A DNA stretch of 63,257 nucleotides, filler included, from Licmophora abbreviata (GCA_900291995.1; 15 parts of 15 records of this genome joined end to end with filler, not necessarily neighbours in it), one strand, 5' to 3'; shown: positions 48,490 to 60,635, counted from the whole stretch's first letter. Program-made: numbers and translations. The notes: generated by a model from the letters alone, not told the origin.

Positions 48490-49949
48490 ATGGGCAAGAA
48501 ATCGAAACGACAGCGCTCTTCACAGCATCAAAAGAGACAGTTTTCTGCACCAGAAGACAGTGCTAGACCAGCTCCTGCACTGCGCTCTGCCGAAGAAGAA
48601 ACAAAAGACAACTTGCGGTTTCAAGATCCCTTTGTCGATGAGTTTGAAGAGTACGATCCGGAAAATGAGGAAGAAGAGATACCAATGAAAGATGACGAAG
48701 AAGAAGAAGGACAAAATGAACAGCATGCTTCATGGAATCCCTTGACTGGTGAACCTCTCACCAGGGGTGAGACTTTGGAAATGGACGCGACAGCCTACAA
48801 AATGTACCACGCCTTTACCAACGAGTGGCCGAGCTTGACGTTTGATTTCGTCCGGGACGATCTAGGCGAATCACGGACACGCTTTCCCCACTCACTGATG
48901 GCAGTGGTAGGAACGCAAGCCCCTTCCCCAGACAAGAATCAGATAACGCTGGTAAAATTGAGTGACCTGGGACGACTGAATGTGGAAACTGAAGATGACA
49001 TACTGGGTGAAGAACTAGTAGGGCAAGAGGAGGACGACGAGGACAGCGACTCAGACGATGACGTTGACCTAGATCCAGTGCTCGAGAATGTGTCCATGTC
49101 ACACTATGGTGGTGTCAATCGTATCCGTACCATGCCACAGGGAAACTCAATTGTTGCCTGCTGGAGCGACCAGGGACAAGTGAGCGTCTACAATGTCTCG
49201 TCTTGGAAAGAACGCTTCTCGGGACATTCCAAAGGAGGAGGAGGGAGCCGGTTTGTCGAGAAACCTGTGTTCGCATACAAGGGCCACAATGGTGTTGAAG
49301 GCTATGCCATGGATTGGTCAAAGGTTATCACTGGCCTCATGGCGACGGGAGATTGCAATGGGAACGTTCACTTGTGGCAGCCAGAGGCAGAGAGTATCAT
49401 CGAGGAATCCGTCTCGCCTGTATTCCAAACGACTCCGTCGTATGAATCTGAAACGTCAGTGGAAGATTTACAGTGGAGCCCGACTGAAGGCACTGTACTA
49501 GCAGCCGCTTGTTGCGGTGGATATGTTCAAATCTACGACACACGAGCGCCCCACCGAGCCATGCTGTCCCACCAAATCCACAAAAACAGCAAAGCGGATG
49601 TGAACGTCATGAGCTGGAATCATCTGGTGGCGAACCTAATGGCAACAGGTGGCGATGATGGCATGATGAGTGTGTGGGATTTGAGAAACAATTTTAAGGA
49701 GCCGTTGGCGCGCTTTACGTCACACAAGACACCCATTACATCGGTAGAATGGCATCCCAGCGACGAGTCCATGCTTGCCGTATCCGATGATGTCGGAACG
49801 TATGTTTATGACCTATCGGTGGAGGAGGATCGTGAAGACACTGGAGGAGTGCGTAGTGAAGAAGATATTCCGCCTCAGCTATTGTTTGTCCACTGCGGGA
49901 GCGAACAATTCAAGGAAGTGCATTGGCACCCGCAGATCCGAAGCTGTCT
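48490..49949 (+). CDS. GRWD1: GRWD1/RRB1 WD40 ribosome-assembly protein, 3' end in gap
   Basis: Motifs AYKMYH...EWPSLTFD, HYGGVNRIR, EGYAMDWS, SVEDLQWSPTE and IPPQLLFVH...KEVHWHPQI. Confidence 0.93.
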
Positions 49950-50049
49950 NNNNNNNNNNNNNNNNNNNNNNNNNNNNNNNNNNNNNNNNNNNNTTAATTA
50001 ATTAANNNNNNNNNNNNNNNNNNNNNNNNNNNNNNNNNNNNNNNNNNNN

Positions 50050-51307
50050 CTAGGTCATCGCAATAGTCCACCGTTGCGGCCAATGTGGCATAGCCAAGCA
50101 CCCACGCCATTGTCATGTGACCGGTAAAGCCTACGTGCACTTCGGTCTCGGGAACGCCCCTCTGTGTACTGTTCCATGCCCACCTTGGAGAAAATGTAGT
50201 TTCTGAGTCTTTCGCGACCACAAACCGTCTTACGGCTTCTGCGTAGCTCACATACATGGTTTCGTACCAATCCGACAACTCTTGCACCACCTTGTGAACT
50301 ACAGTCTCTCCTTGAATACGATCATGTTGGTTTCCAAGATAGTCGTCCATGTATATGAGCAAAGGAGGATCCTCACAAGGACGTGACTCGAGCACTGCCT
50401 GCATGAAGCGCTGAGCAAGATTTCGTCTCTTATTCTCGTAGTCATTACTCACCGTCACATCAATGTGATGACCATGTACAAGGTTGTCGTTTGTGCTGTA
50501 CGCGTTAATGACAACATCGGGGCCACTGGGAAGCAATGTGCTTTCAGAATTGTAGAGTTTGTACTTCACAATCGGCAGAGCGAGCTGTGAGTTGGTCCCA
50601 CCTATCGCCAGGTTGATGACTTTCACGACGTCGGCGTTAGGGTCGCCGGTCAAAATCGTATTGATAAGGAAGCTGAATCGTTTTACCCAACAAAAATTGC
50701 TTACTCCTGGAGGCTTTTGGAACTCTTTGTTGGATACATCTGCCGGGGTTCCATCGGATCCACGTCCGCCTGTCACACTCCCTCCGAATATTGCGACCTT
50801 GAGTGGCGGTGCGGTAGGGTCGTCGAGTCGTCTATGAACAATGTCCAGTACCTTTCCAAAACTTTTGGGAGAGGGCGCTGTACGATAGCCTTTCCGCAAC
50901 CAATGGGTCGATACGAGCTTTAAAATAGACAAGAGGTAGTCTGAGTCTTTCGTTCGATTTGCAGGAGCAAGACTGGCATTGAGGATGGAATCGAAGTTTT
51001 CGTTCCAAAGTATCGACGCCGATTTTCCAGTAGGTAGCCTCGAGCAGAAATTGTCGACTTGGCTTCGTTGTTTCTCCACCAATTTGGTGACAGTGATTGC
51101 AGTGTTTGAAATATTGCAACCGGATGTATTACTTGTAGCTTTCTCTGCTCCTGCTGATGTCGTATTTAATAGTTCGACTTGTTCACTTCCGACCACGCCA
51201 TGAGAAACAGCAGAAACAGATTCATACGTCTCAAAGACTTGGACTACGCACAGTGCAAGCACAAAGCCACAGACTACCCCCTTCCACATTGACCGATTCA
51301 CAATCAT
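50050..51307 (-). CDS. SGNH/GDSL-hydrolase-like type II membrane protein, 3' end in gap
   Basis: N-terminal TM, then IFGGSVTGG, NLAIGGTNS, DVVINAYSTND and EVHVGFTGH. Confidence 0.7.
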
Positions 51308-52105
51308 TTTTGCTTGTTTAGAAGTTCCTGGGGATGATTACTTGATGACGGGCGTCATCGAAATGACCCGCACACGACGACCGGGCTCTTTGAAATTCAA
51401 AATTGTAAAATTGTGCCGATTCGAGATTGAAGAAGACCCGACGATGCCGGCTCGAGGTGCGAGTGGTGTTCACGTATACATGTGACTGATAATAGTATAC
51501 TGTAATTGGTAATTTCTATCAAGTGATCGTGGAACGGCGAGTATGATTTACTACAATACGTGACAATTGTATAATAATAATTTTCCTCAACTGACTTGGC
51601 GGTACCTTAAAATAGGAAAGATCTGTAGGAGCTTCGTACTACTAGAAAGTCTTGTATATCTTCAATTTTTAAAAAAGAGCAACACTCTACCATTCGAAAC
51701 TTTGACGACGACGATGAAGAATAGTCGTACACTCTCTGGGCGCAATTAAACGTGTGGCCACTGAATCGTTCGTTTCAGAACCACACCTCAGTTTCGATTG
51801 CTACTGAGGTATTCCCTGGTACTCAATTATCATCAGGGAAGCAAACCGTGTGATTAAGAAGATAAAGAGCCCAATGAGAACGAAATAAGCGGGACTTTCC
51901 TTTTTTTGGCACGATTGATTCCGCGTGCCTCATCCTCTTGGAGTTGTTCCTGTACGAGCGCATTAGGTACCGGTACCGCGCGGTAGAATCTACTTCTAAA
52001 AACTCACAATTTTGTTCGTGTGTCCAGATTTCGCAAGCTAACAAGATACCACGTTAGCCTCGAGGATCTACTTGAGTGTACCAAGCTGGAGATCCCTCTT
52101 TCACC

Positions 52106-54896
52106 ATGCTGTCGTCGTGCTACCCGACCAGATTTTCCCTGTTGCAGCAGCTGCTGCTTGCTGTCCTCGTCATAGTTGGAAGCGCTTCGGCACAACGCTG
52201 TGTCATGACGGATACAGAACGGNNNNNNNNNNNNNNNNNNNNNNNNNNNNNNNNNNNNNNNNNNNNTTAATTAATTAANNNNNNNNNNNNNNNNNNNNNN
52301 NNNNNNNNNNNNNNNNNNNNNNTGCCCAATCGCGGAAATGAACGCCCCCACAGAAGTCGAACCTGGTGGTTTCGCAAGATGCGGGTTTAGCACACTCAAC
52401 GGTCGGCAGAACCCATACTTCTTCAAAGTCTTTCCAGGGAGTCTGGACAAGCTCGTCATCTTCTTTCAAGGGGGCGGGCTCTGCACCTCAGAGCTCACCT
52501 GCGATCTTGCACTTCTGTCGGGGAACATTATTCTGGAACCTCAATCACCAGACGAAGGTATCTTTGATGATTCCAATGCGGCAAATCCTTTCAAGGATTG
52601 GACCAGAGTGCACGTGGGCTATTGTACGGGTGATTTACACAGTGGCCTCCGCAGCGATGGAGATTTCCACTTCAAGGGACAGGCCAATGTCAACGCCGTA
52701 TTGACTTGGACGTTTGAAAACGTCCCCACTGTGAGTAGGCTCTTTATAGGAGGTTGCTCGGCAGGGTCGATTGGAGCCCAGCAGTGGTCTCAACGCATCC
52801 TACAGCAGTATCATCGAGAGGGTATAGAAGCACCGATAACGTCGACTGCGTACGATTCCAGTGTTGGACTGATCGGAGACACGGCTGCTCTCTTCCTAAC
52901 GGATACGTGGAACTCTTGCTCTGACATCGCGTTTGGCTGGACACAGAGGCAGTACGAACGTTGCTTGACTGGCGAGTTTGCTCTCGAAGACGCCCAGCTT
53001 GCTGTCCAAGCTGCATACCCAGACGTCATTTTTTCGTTTGTCAACTACAAGGACGACCCATACTATTACAGCGTCTTCTACTGTGTGGTCTTGGGTTTGT
53101 TCAGTCCAGCATCCTGTCGACAGTCTACCGTGTATCGTTGGACACAAGATCGACTCCTGGACTACACTGCAGCCGCGGGTAGTCCCTCCAGTAACGTCTT
53201 GACATATTGGATAAACCGAGATGGACACTGCGTGTTGCCATTTAACCGCCTCTACAACCGAATGGCCCGAGAAGTGCTTGTGGGGATGACTGAGTTGGCG
53301 ACACGAACACGGAGCACCACCATTGAGGCGTCGTGTGTGGAAGCAACTCCACCATCGTCGGATAAGGACTACAGTTGTGACCCGATACTGAGCGATGCGA
53401 AGTTTATCGGGGGCGCACAGCCGCCAAGCACGGCGGCACCTGCGGAGCGTGCAACGTTTGCTCCCTCTGGTTTTCCCTCGGCCTCGCCGTCGGTTGCCGG
53501 TTTGACCTCTCCGTCTAGCATCCCTTCCGAATTGCCATCGGCTGCCAGTTTGACCTCTCCCTCGAGTGTTCCTTCGGCCTCGGCCTCACCGACGTTTACC
53601 AGTTTAACCTCACCATCAAGTGTTCCCTCGGAGTCGCCGTCGGTTGCTACTTTAACCTCCCCGACTAGTGTTCCTTCAGATTCGCCGTCGGTTGTTAGCT
53701 TGACCTCTCCGACGAGTGTTCCTTCGACCTCGCCGTCGGTTACTATGTTGACCTCTCCGTCGAGTGTTCCCTCGGCCTCGCCATCGGCTGCCAGCTTGAC
53801 CTCTCCGTCTAGCGTTCCTTCCGACTCGCCATCGGCTGCCAGTTTGACCTCTCCATCGAGTGGTCCATCGGCCTCGCCGTCAGTGGCCAGCTTGACCTCT
53901 CCGTCGATTGTTCCTTCGGCCTCGCCGTCGGTTGCCAGTTTGACCTCTCCGTCTAGCGTTCCTTCCGACTCGCCATCAGCTGCCAGTTTGACCTCTCCAT
54001 CGAGTGGTCCATCGGCATCGCCGTCAGTGGCCAGCTTGACCTCTCCGTCGAGTGTTCCCTCGGCCTCGCCATCGGCTGCCAGCTTGACCTCTCCGTCTAG
54101 CGTTCCCTCGGAGTCGCCGTCGGTTGCCAGTTTGATCTCTCCATCGAGTGTTCCTTCCGATTCGCCATCAGTGGCTAGCTTGACCTCTCTGTCGAGTGTT
54201 CCCTCGGCCTCGCCATCGGCTGCCAGCTTGACCTCTCCGTCTCGGGTTCCCTCGGTATCGCCATCGGTTGCCAATTTGTCCTCTCCATCGACTGTTCCCT
54301 CGGAGTCGCCGTCGGTTGCCAGCTTGACCTCTCCATCGAGTGGTTCATCCGCCTCGCCGTCGGCTGCCAGCTTGACATCTGCGTCTGGGGTGCCTTCGGT
54401 ATCGCCGTCTGTCGCCAGTCTGCCCTCTCCGTCGAGTATTCCNNNNNNNNNNNNNNNNNNNNNNNNNNNNNNNNNNNNNNNNNNNNTTAATTAATTAANN
54501 NNNNNNNNNNNNNNNNNNNNNNNNNNNNNNNNNNNNNNNNNNCCGTCTGTCGCCAGTCTGCCCTCTCCGTCGAGTATTCCCTCGGCGTCGCCGTCGGCTG
54601 CCAGGTTGAGCTCTCCGTCTAGCGTTCCGTCGGCGTCGCCTTCGGTTACGTCTCCGTCTAGTGTCCCATCAGCCTCACCGTCGGTTGCAAGTTCGACTTC
54701 TCCATCACTTGCACCTTTAGCATCACCCTCAGTTGTACAGAATTTCTCATTGCCTGACACCGCACAGCAGTTTGTGCGGCAGCAACCGCCTACTGATGCA
54801 ACTTCTAATGCATCTACGGTCGGAAATATTGCCCCTGCGGTCATCATCCTGTTGTCCACGATAAACACGTGTCTTTTGTTCGCCTACTTGTGGTGA
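52106..54896 (+). CDS. Pectin acetylesterase/Notum-family esterase with long Ser/Pro/Thr stalk and GPI-like tail; spans two gaps
   Basis: Signal peptide, motifs FFQGGGLC, NPFKDW, YCTGDLHSG, GCSAGS and GHC, repeat stalk, hydrophobic C-terminus. Confidence 0.85.
53480..54720 (+). repeat. Coding 48-bp tandem repeat (SPSVASLTSPSSVPSA), about 20 or more copies
   Basis: Seen directly in DNA and protein. Confidence 0.95.
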
Positions 54897-55352
54897 GATA
54901 TGCACAATGCGATCTTTCATTCGGCAGCAGAAGTCGGGTGAAAACATCAGTAGTCGAAGATGGGCGAATCGCAATCGGGAATGCACTTAGTGCGCATAGA
55001 TCTACCCGTGTCCCCTCATTTATTACACTTGCATAAGAGATAGAAATGTGATCTGTCATACGTTGTCTCCCGGTTGATACAAAGTGAAGTATCGGTTCTG
55101 GTAAGGCAGAGCGAAGAGGGTAGCCCTGGAGGTCAGCACGTGTGAGGAGTGGGCTTAGACCACACTACAGGTACCGGTACTTGTACCTCTACTAGCACGC
55201 GAACACGCGAGGTCGCCAGTCACAAGAAAATGTCCGTGCCGCATGAGGATGCTTTGTGCATGTTTCCATGCCGATCGTCCGCCACACAGTGAGTTTCGAG
55301 GATCCAGGCCCTGCCCCATCCTCTTCTTGTACCTTTCACAAGCTGCTTTGCC

Positions 55353-55763
55353 ATGACTCCCTTGACCGTCAAAAGCGGGGATGTCGATGACAAGCACGGC
55401 AAGCGGAACCGTCAAGTCCAGCGTGTTCAAGGGATCGTCTTGGCTCTCTTCATCGGAATCTTGGTGGTTGCATTGGTGCTCTGGCGACGTTCGCACGCGC
55501 AAGCAGCGATCGACAGCAACCTTTTCGTCGATAAGACTGCCTTCAAGAAACTTTTCGACAAAAAGTCGATCAAGGCTCTAAAGCACTTGAACAAGAAAAT
55601 GAAATTGGAAGACTCGGAGCACACGCAGGCTCGAATGGAGGAGCTGATGCACCAAAGGCAGGGGAAACTCCACAGTGATATTCTGAAGGACGCAATGAAG
55701 AACAAAATTAAGCTCCCCGGAGTGGAAGATCTTCGCGAACGACTCGATAATGGAGAAGAGTGA
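55353..55763 (+). CDS. Small single-TM hypothetical protein
   Basis: 136-aa ORF with one TM helix and a charged helical tail. Confidence 0.65.
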   Translation: MTPLTVKSGDVDDKHGKRNRQVQRVQGIVLALFIGILVVALVLWRRSHAQAAIDSNLFVDKTAFKKLFDKKSIKALKHLNKKMKLEDSEHTQARMEELMHQRQGKLHSDILKDAMKNKIKLPGVEDLRERLDNGEE

Positions 55764-55836
55764 AGATCGACAGGTGCGCTAAAAAAAGTGCGTTCAAACG
55801 AGGTACTGGTCTCTCTAGTCTAGCGTATTGAGTAAT

Positions 55837-57250
55837 TCAGCTTGCAATGGCAAATTTCAGTTCATTCTTCTTGACAGCACGGTTGATAGCCAAGAGAACC
55901 TGTTGTCGATTGTCGTGGTACATGTCTCCCACCGGTTTGATTAGGAAATGCGCATTGACAATCACTTCCAAATGATCGTCTTGGTAGCTCGTCCAGTGGA
56001 CTCGAAAGGGTCGACTGCCATCTGTAATGAGCATGGGACAAGATTCTTGTATTTCCGTTCGGATGTCTGTCAGTAGCTTTGGTATCTTGTCCACATCCTC
56101 ATATTCAAACCGCAACGTCTGTTGCACTTGACATCGATGAATCCGCGACAGATTGCTCACTTGCTGGCTGGCTAAATCACTGTTCGGCACCGCGAGTTTC
56201 GTATCATCCGGCTGTCGCAAGATCGTTTCCATCCACCCCATCTTGACAACCGTCCCCGAAATACCATTGCCAAATCTCACCGAGTCTCCCTCGTAAATTC
56301 GATCGCTAGCGCTCAGCATCAATCCATTCAACAAGTTGGACGCCAACCCTTGACCTGCCAAACTGACCATCAAGGTTCCAATGCTACCAAACGCGAATAT
56401 GCTCTTTCCGGCGAAACCCAACTCAACACTGAGTACGTCCATGACAAAGGTCAAGACGACTGCCACAATTGCCGCATTNNNNNNNNNNNNNNNNNNNNNN
56501 NNNNNNNNNNNNNNNNNNNNNNTTAATTAATTAANNNNNNNNNNNNNNNNNNNNNNNNNNNNNNNNNNNNNNNNNNNNACCTTGACACGACCCAGCTGAT
56601 CCACTTGCCCTTGCAATACGACCTCCATCAAGACGTGTTTCTTGTAAACTGCCACCTTTTTTGCAATCCATGCCGTATATACCACCTTGGCAAAGGCTTG
56701 GGGTATTTCAAGTATGTGTGGAAACGCGAATCCCAAACACACCAGTACAATCTTGACAATGTCTACCGCGTAGACAAGAACTGCAATCTTGGCGATTTCG
56801 GACAGAAGTTCGGCAAGATGATAGGTAATGGTCTTTTGAAATGGCCTGTCGTCCGTTCCCCGCACACGCTTTATTTTATAGGGATATCGCAAGAGTGGCA
56901 CAGTCCCCCACCCCAACACACCAATCAGTACCAAGTCTTGCCACTGCGTCACCATGAGTACGTTCTGGAGTATCAACTTTGGCCTTGTCGGGAGTAATGA
57001 TAAGTTTCTGCAGAGTAGGGAGAATATTGCCCGCCAGGACCGAATTGTGGACGATTTCATGCAATTCGTGCACCACAAACTCTTCGGCATCGTGGAGCGT
57101 TTCCTTGATGCCGTTGGTGAGTTTTTCGGCCGACTCGACGACATCGTGCATGGACAAGTGCATCTTCTTGTTGTTGGCGTGGGAGACGGCAACGAGAGAG
57201 GCGAAAAGACAGAGAACGAGAGGGGCAGACGACCACCGATGAAGTCTCAT
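55837..57250 (-). CDS. MscS-family mechanosensitive channel with signal peptide; frameshift near 56979; spans a gap
   Basis: Motifs SLAGQGLASNLLNG, GDSVRFG...GTVVKMGWMET and VPNS...VSNLSR. Confidence 0.88.
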
Positions 57251-57615
57251 TGTCTTTTCTTTCGCTGTTTCTCAGCTGAGCGGATGGTGAGCGCGGGATC
57301 TTTCGTTTGTTCTATTGCTTCCGACTCCAACAGCGAAGTTCAGAGTGGGAACGGCGGATCTTTTGTCTTTTGACGCGAGAGAGGTGCGCGCCAAATTCAA
57401 CACCGCGACGAAGCTGTGAGAGTGAACCGCTGACGTACGTACGTACTTTTCGGGACTCGAGCTGCACTCGTGACTGACGATGGATCTTGCGATTTTTAAA
57501 AAAGATCGAACGAAAACTGAAGTGATGATGATGATGACAGTGATGAAAGGTGTCGGATAATCTCTCTCCCAACCACTATTTCTGCTTCTTAGTTCCTCTT
57601 TGACACAATCTCAGT

Positions 57616-59676
57616 ATGTCAGTAGCAGCTCCTCCTCGCCTGATTGCCCGAACCTCTCTCAAACACGGTTTGGCACGACTTCGCGCTTCCGCCGACGACG
57701 CCACTACCCACCGTACTACTACTATTACCCGTCTGACAGAAATTTCGCACCGCAGTCCGACGCGTTTGATTCCAATTTCCAGCAGCGTCGTGTCGAGATC
57801 AGGGGCAGCGCTTTGTGCTGTGTCCAACTACGGTGGGGGCATGCTGCAAGGCGATTCGTCGTCATTGACAATTCAATGCGATGCGCACGCAACACTCAGT
57901 GTTGTGACCCAGGGGCCGACCAGAATCTATCAACAAAAAAGCAAAACGAGTGGTGGCGAGGCAACGAGTACCAGTCAGTCATCCTCTTCTCTCTTTCCAA
58001 GTACGCCGGAATCGTCGACATGCCATGCTACCATTCAAGCGACCATTGACGAGCACGGTCTGCTGGTGATCGCACCCGATCCCTGTGTCGCTTTTCGGGG
58101 AGCTAGAATTGAGCAAAATGTGCAATTGCAGGTTCTTCAGGAATCTGCCAGTGTCGTTTGCATCGATTGGTGGAGTGCTGGTCGGATCCACAGTCGCGAT
58201 CTTCAGTCTCGCGAGAGGTGGGAGTTCGAGCATTTGACATCCCGAACCACCTTGATAGACCGCGACGAGCGACCACTCGTAACGGACGCTGTCTCGCTAG
58301 ATCAAAGGGGAAACGGTGTAAAAAAGACAGATTCTTTTGGATTTGGAGATCACATTCATGCCTTTGCTTCGATACTTTTACATGGACCCCAGGCGCAACT
58401 CGTGGCGAAGCAGTGTCAACTCTTATCCCAGCAGCTTGCCGCACAGCACACGCATGTCAAACAACCCCAAGGGGATTCGATTGATAACGAAGTTTTGCAC
58501 AACACAATGATAGAGCTACCACTTCTGGCGGGACATGTCTGGATGGGTGTAAGTCCCATAGTGTGTCAAACTTCCTCGAAGGATGACGACGAACATGACA
58601 ATGAGCCCGCTGCTACTACCTACATTGTTCGATTGACGACTTGTGGCAACGAAGATATGTATCACATGCTACATGCATGCTTGTTGCCGCTCGCACCCAC
58701 GTGCGGCATTGAAATATACAAGGACCGGATTTCGGCAGCCTATCCGGGGAAAATAAGAGAACCTTCTTCGGTCAACGTATCAGCAACGAGTGATATACCT
58801 TCTTCCATGCTTAATACGGGCACCAAAAGCTTTCTATCGAAACACAAAAAGGTCAACGGTCACCCTACGTCGCAGCACACATGGTTATCGTATATGCTGG
58901 CCGATTCCGCCTTTCCTGTCGGTGGATTCGCCCATTCGGCTGGGATTGAAGCGGCGGCACAGTTGGGCGTATGGAATAAATCCAAAACTACGACCAGCCC
59001 GATTTTGTCCGTGGAGAGCTACTTGCGCGCAGCAGCACGATCGGCCGTACAGCTGCAAGTGCCATTTGTTTTGGCGGGGCATGACGTAGGAGTTAGAAGC
59101 ACGTCAGTGGAAGCATCGTTTGAGATATGGAAAGATCGACACCACTACATCCACGCATCCTTGGTTTCCAATGCTCCCGGGTGCCAGGCATCCCTGGAAC
59201 AGGGCGCCAACCTACTCCGCGTGGCCCTTCGTTGGTTGAACTCCATCGAGACGCGAGGAGTCAAAGATGGAATCAATCTGCTACATCGGCTTCAACAGGG
59301 CGTGTTGAGTGGAGAGTTGCCGCACGGAACTCACATGGCTCCTCTGTTTGGTTTGGTGGGGGGAATTTTGGAGTTGGATGAAGCTGAAACGGGCCGCTTG
59401 TTCGGATTTTGTCTTGCACGTGACATGGCGTCAGCAGCGGTGCGTCTGAACCTTGTTGGACCGTTGGAAAACGTGTCATTGCTATACAGACTACAAGAGG
59501 CGGTGGAGATCGGTCTGGGTGCGGTCAGTTCTCTGATCGACGACGAGCAGCAGAAGCGCGAGGATCACCAGTACGATATCTCGAACCTGATCAAGCGAGC
59601 GGCGACATGTGCGCCAATCACAGAGACAATACATCCCTGCCAAGAGCTCTTGGCTGTGAGACTCTTTCGCTCATAG
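57616..59676 (+). CDS. ureDF: Urease accessory UreD-UreF fusion protein
   Basis: UreD motifs SPTRL, NYGGGMLQGD, TQGPTRIY, PDPCVAF and SAGR...ERWEF. UreF motifs LADSAFPVGGFAHSAGIEAA, DMASAAVRLNLVGP and RLFRS*. Single uninterrupted ORF. Confidence 0.9.
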   Translation: MSVAAPPRLIARTSLKHGLARLRASADDATTHRTTTITRLTEISHRSPTRLIPISSSVVSRSGAALCAVSNYGGGMLQGDSSSLTIQCDAHATLSVVTQGPTRIYQQKSKTSGGEATSTSQSSSSLFPSTPESSTCHATIQATIDEHGLLVIAPDPCVAFRGARIEQNVQLQVLQESASVVCIDWWSAGRIHSRDLQSRERWEFEHLTSRTTLIDRDERPLVTDAVSLDQRGNGVKKTDSFGFGDHIHAFASILLHGPQAQLVAKQCQLLSQQLAAQHTHVKQPQGDSIDNEVLHNTMIELPLLAGHVWMGVSPIVCQTSSKDDDEHDNEPAATTYIVRLTTCGNEDMYHMLHACLLPLAPTCGIEIYKDRISAAYPGKIREPSSVNVSATSDIPSSMLNTGTKSFLSKHKKVNGHPTSQHTWLSYMLADSAFPVGGFAHSAGIEAAAQLGVWNKSKTTTSPILSVESYLRAAARSAVQLQVPFVLAGHDVGVRSTSVEASFEIWKDRHHYIHASLVSNAPGCQASLEQGANLLRVALRWLNSIETRGVKDGINLLHRLQQGVLSGELPHGTHMAPLFGLVGGILELDEAETGRLFGFCLARDMASAAVRLNLVGPLENVSLLYRLQEAVEIGLGAVSSLIDDEQQKREDHQYDISNLIKRAATCAPITETIHPCQELLAVRLFRS

Positions 59677-59738
59677 CGTAGAGCCAAACAAAGCAGTCAC
59701 CCGACAAAAGCACGAAAGGATTTCACATCAAAACTGTT

Positions 59739-60635
59739 CTACTGTATGACTTGCGTCCCTATTGTACGCCGATAGTGCTCCAGGNNNNNNNNNNNNNNNN
59801 NNNNNNNNNNNNNNNNNNNNNNNNNNNNTTAATTAATTAANNNNNNNNNNNNNNNNNNNNNNNNNNNNNNNNNNNNNNNNNNNNCGACTCCGTGATTGTG
59901 CTTGACCGACGCCAGCATGGTAGGCCCCTCCTCCCCTCTCATGGTCTTGGCATCGCGCTTCATGACATCCAGGTCAGCACCAACTGCCTCCGCAAGATCG
60001 ATCTTGTTAATTATAAGCAAGTCACTTTGAGTGATACCAGGTCCCCCTTTGCGCGGAATCTTGTCACCACCCGCAACATCGATCACGTACAGTGTCAAAT
60101 CCGCAAGCTCCCGCGAAAAGTTGGCGGCCAAGTTGTCGCCTCCTGATTCGCAAAGCAACAGCGGCGGAGTGCTAGCGGACTTCTGAATCGTTCGTGTTAA
60201 AGTCTCTAGAGCATTCAAATTCGCACTGACATCTTCTCGTATAGCCGCATGCGGACAACCACCCGTCTCAACCGCCAATATCCGTGATTTCGGCAATGCA
60301 TCGGCTCGCAGCAAGAAGTCCCGGTCTTCTTGCGTGAAAATATCGTTCGTGACAACTCCCAGTTGTATATCTGGATGGTGGATTCGAAACGCACGACACA
60401 GCTCCAGGACGAGGGCGCTCTTGCCCGAGCCGACCGGCCCGCCGACGCCGACTGTGAAGCCTCGAATTTCATAGTCAGATCGCACCGGAGGACCTGTCGC
60501 TGAGTACCGACCAGGTCCGGCGTAGGAATAATGAGAGTGACGAGGAAGTAGCGCACTCGCCATGTACTTAATCCGAGCTTTTGCAACAGAAGCAGTACGG
60601 CAAGCGACAGGGAGAAGCAGTGGCCGATGAAGCAT
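59739..60635 (-). CDS. ureG: Urease accessory GTPase UreG; spans a gap
   Basis: Motifs [37 protein letters not shown] and [27 protein letters not shown]. Probable C-terminus [14 protein letters not shown] beyond the gap (stop 59739-59741). Confidence 0.95.

Noticed and set aside
53369..54274. 301-aa minus-strand ORF of DGEVKLA repeats
   Set aside because: Antisense shadow of the Ser/Pro repeat stalk.
4309..59884. Recurrent TTAATTAATTAA flanked by Ns as a repeat family or CRISPR-like array
   Set aside because: It is always centred in exactly 88 Ns and has stops in all six frames, so it is an assembly spacer.
57616..60635. Bacterial contaminant ure operon
   Set aside because: Convergent orientation, eukaryote-type UreG N-terminal motif, no ureABC or ureE, and continuity with eukaryotic flanking genes.
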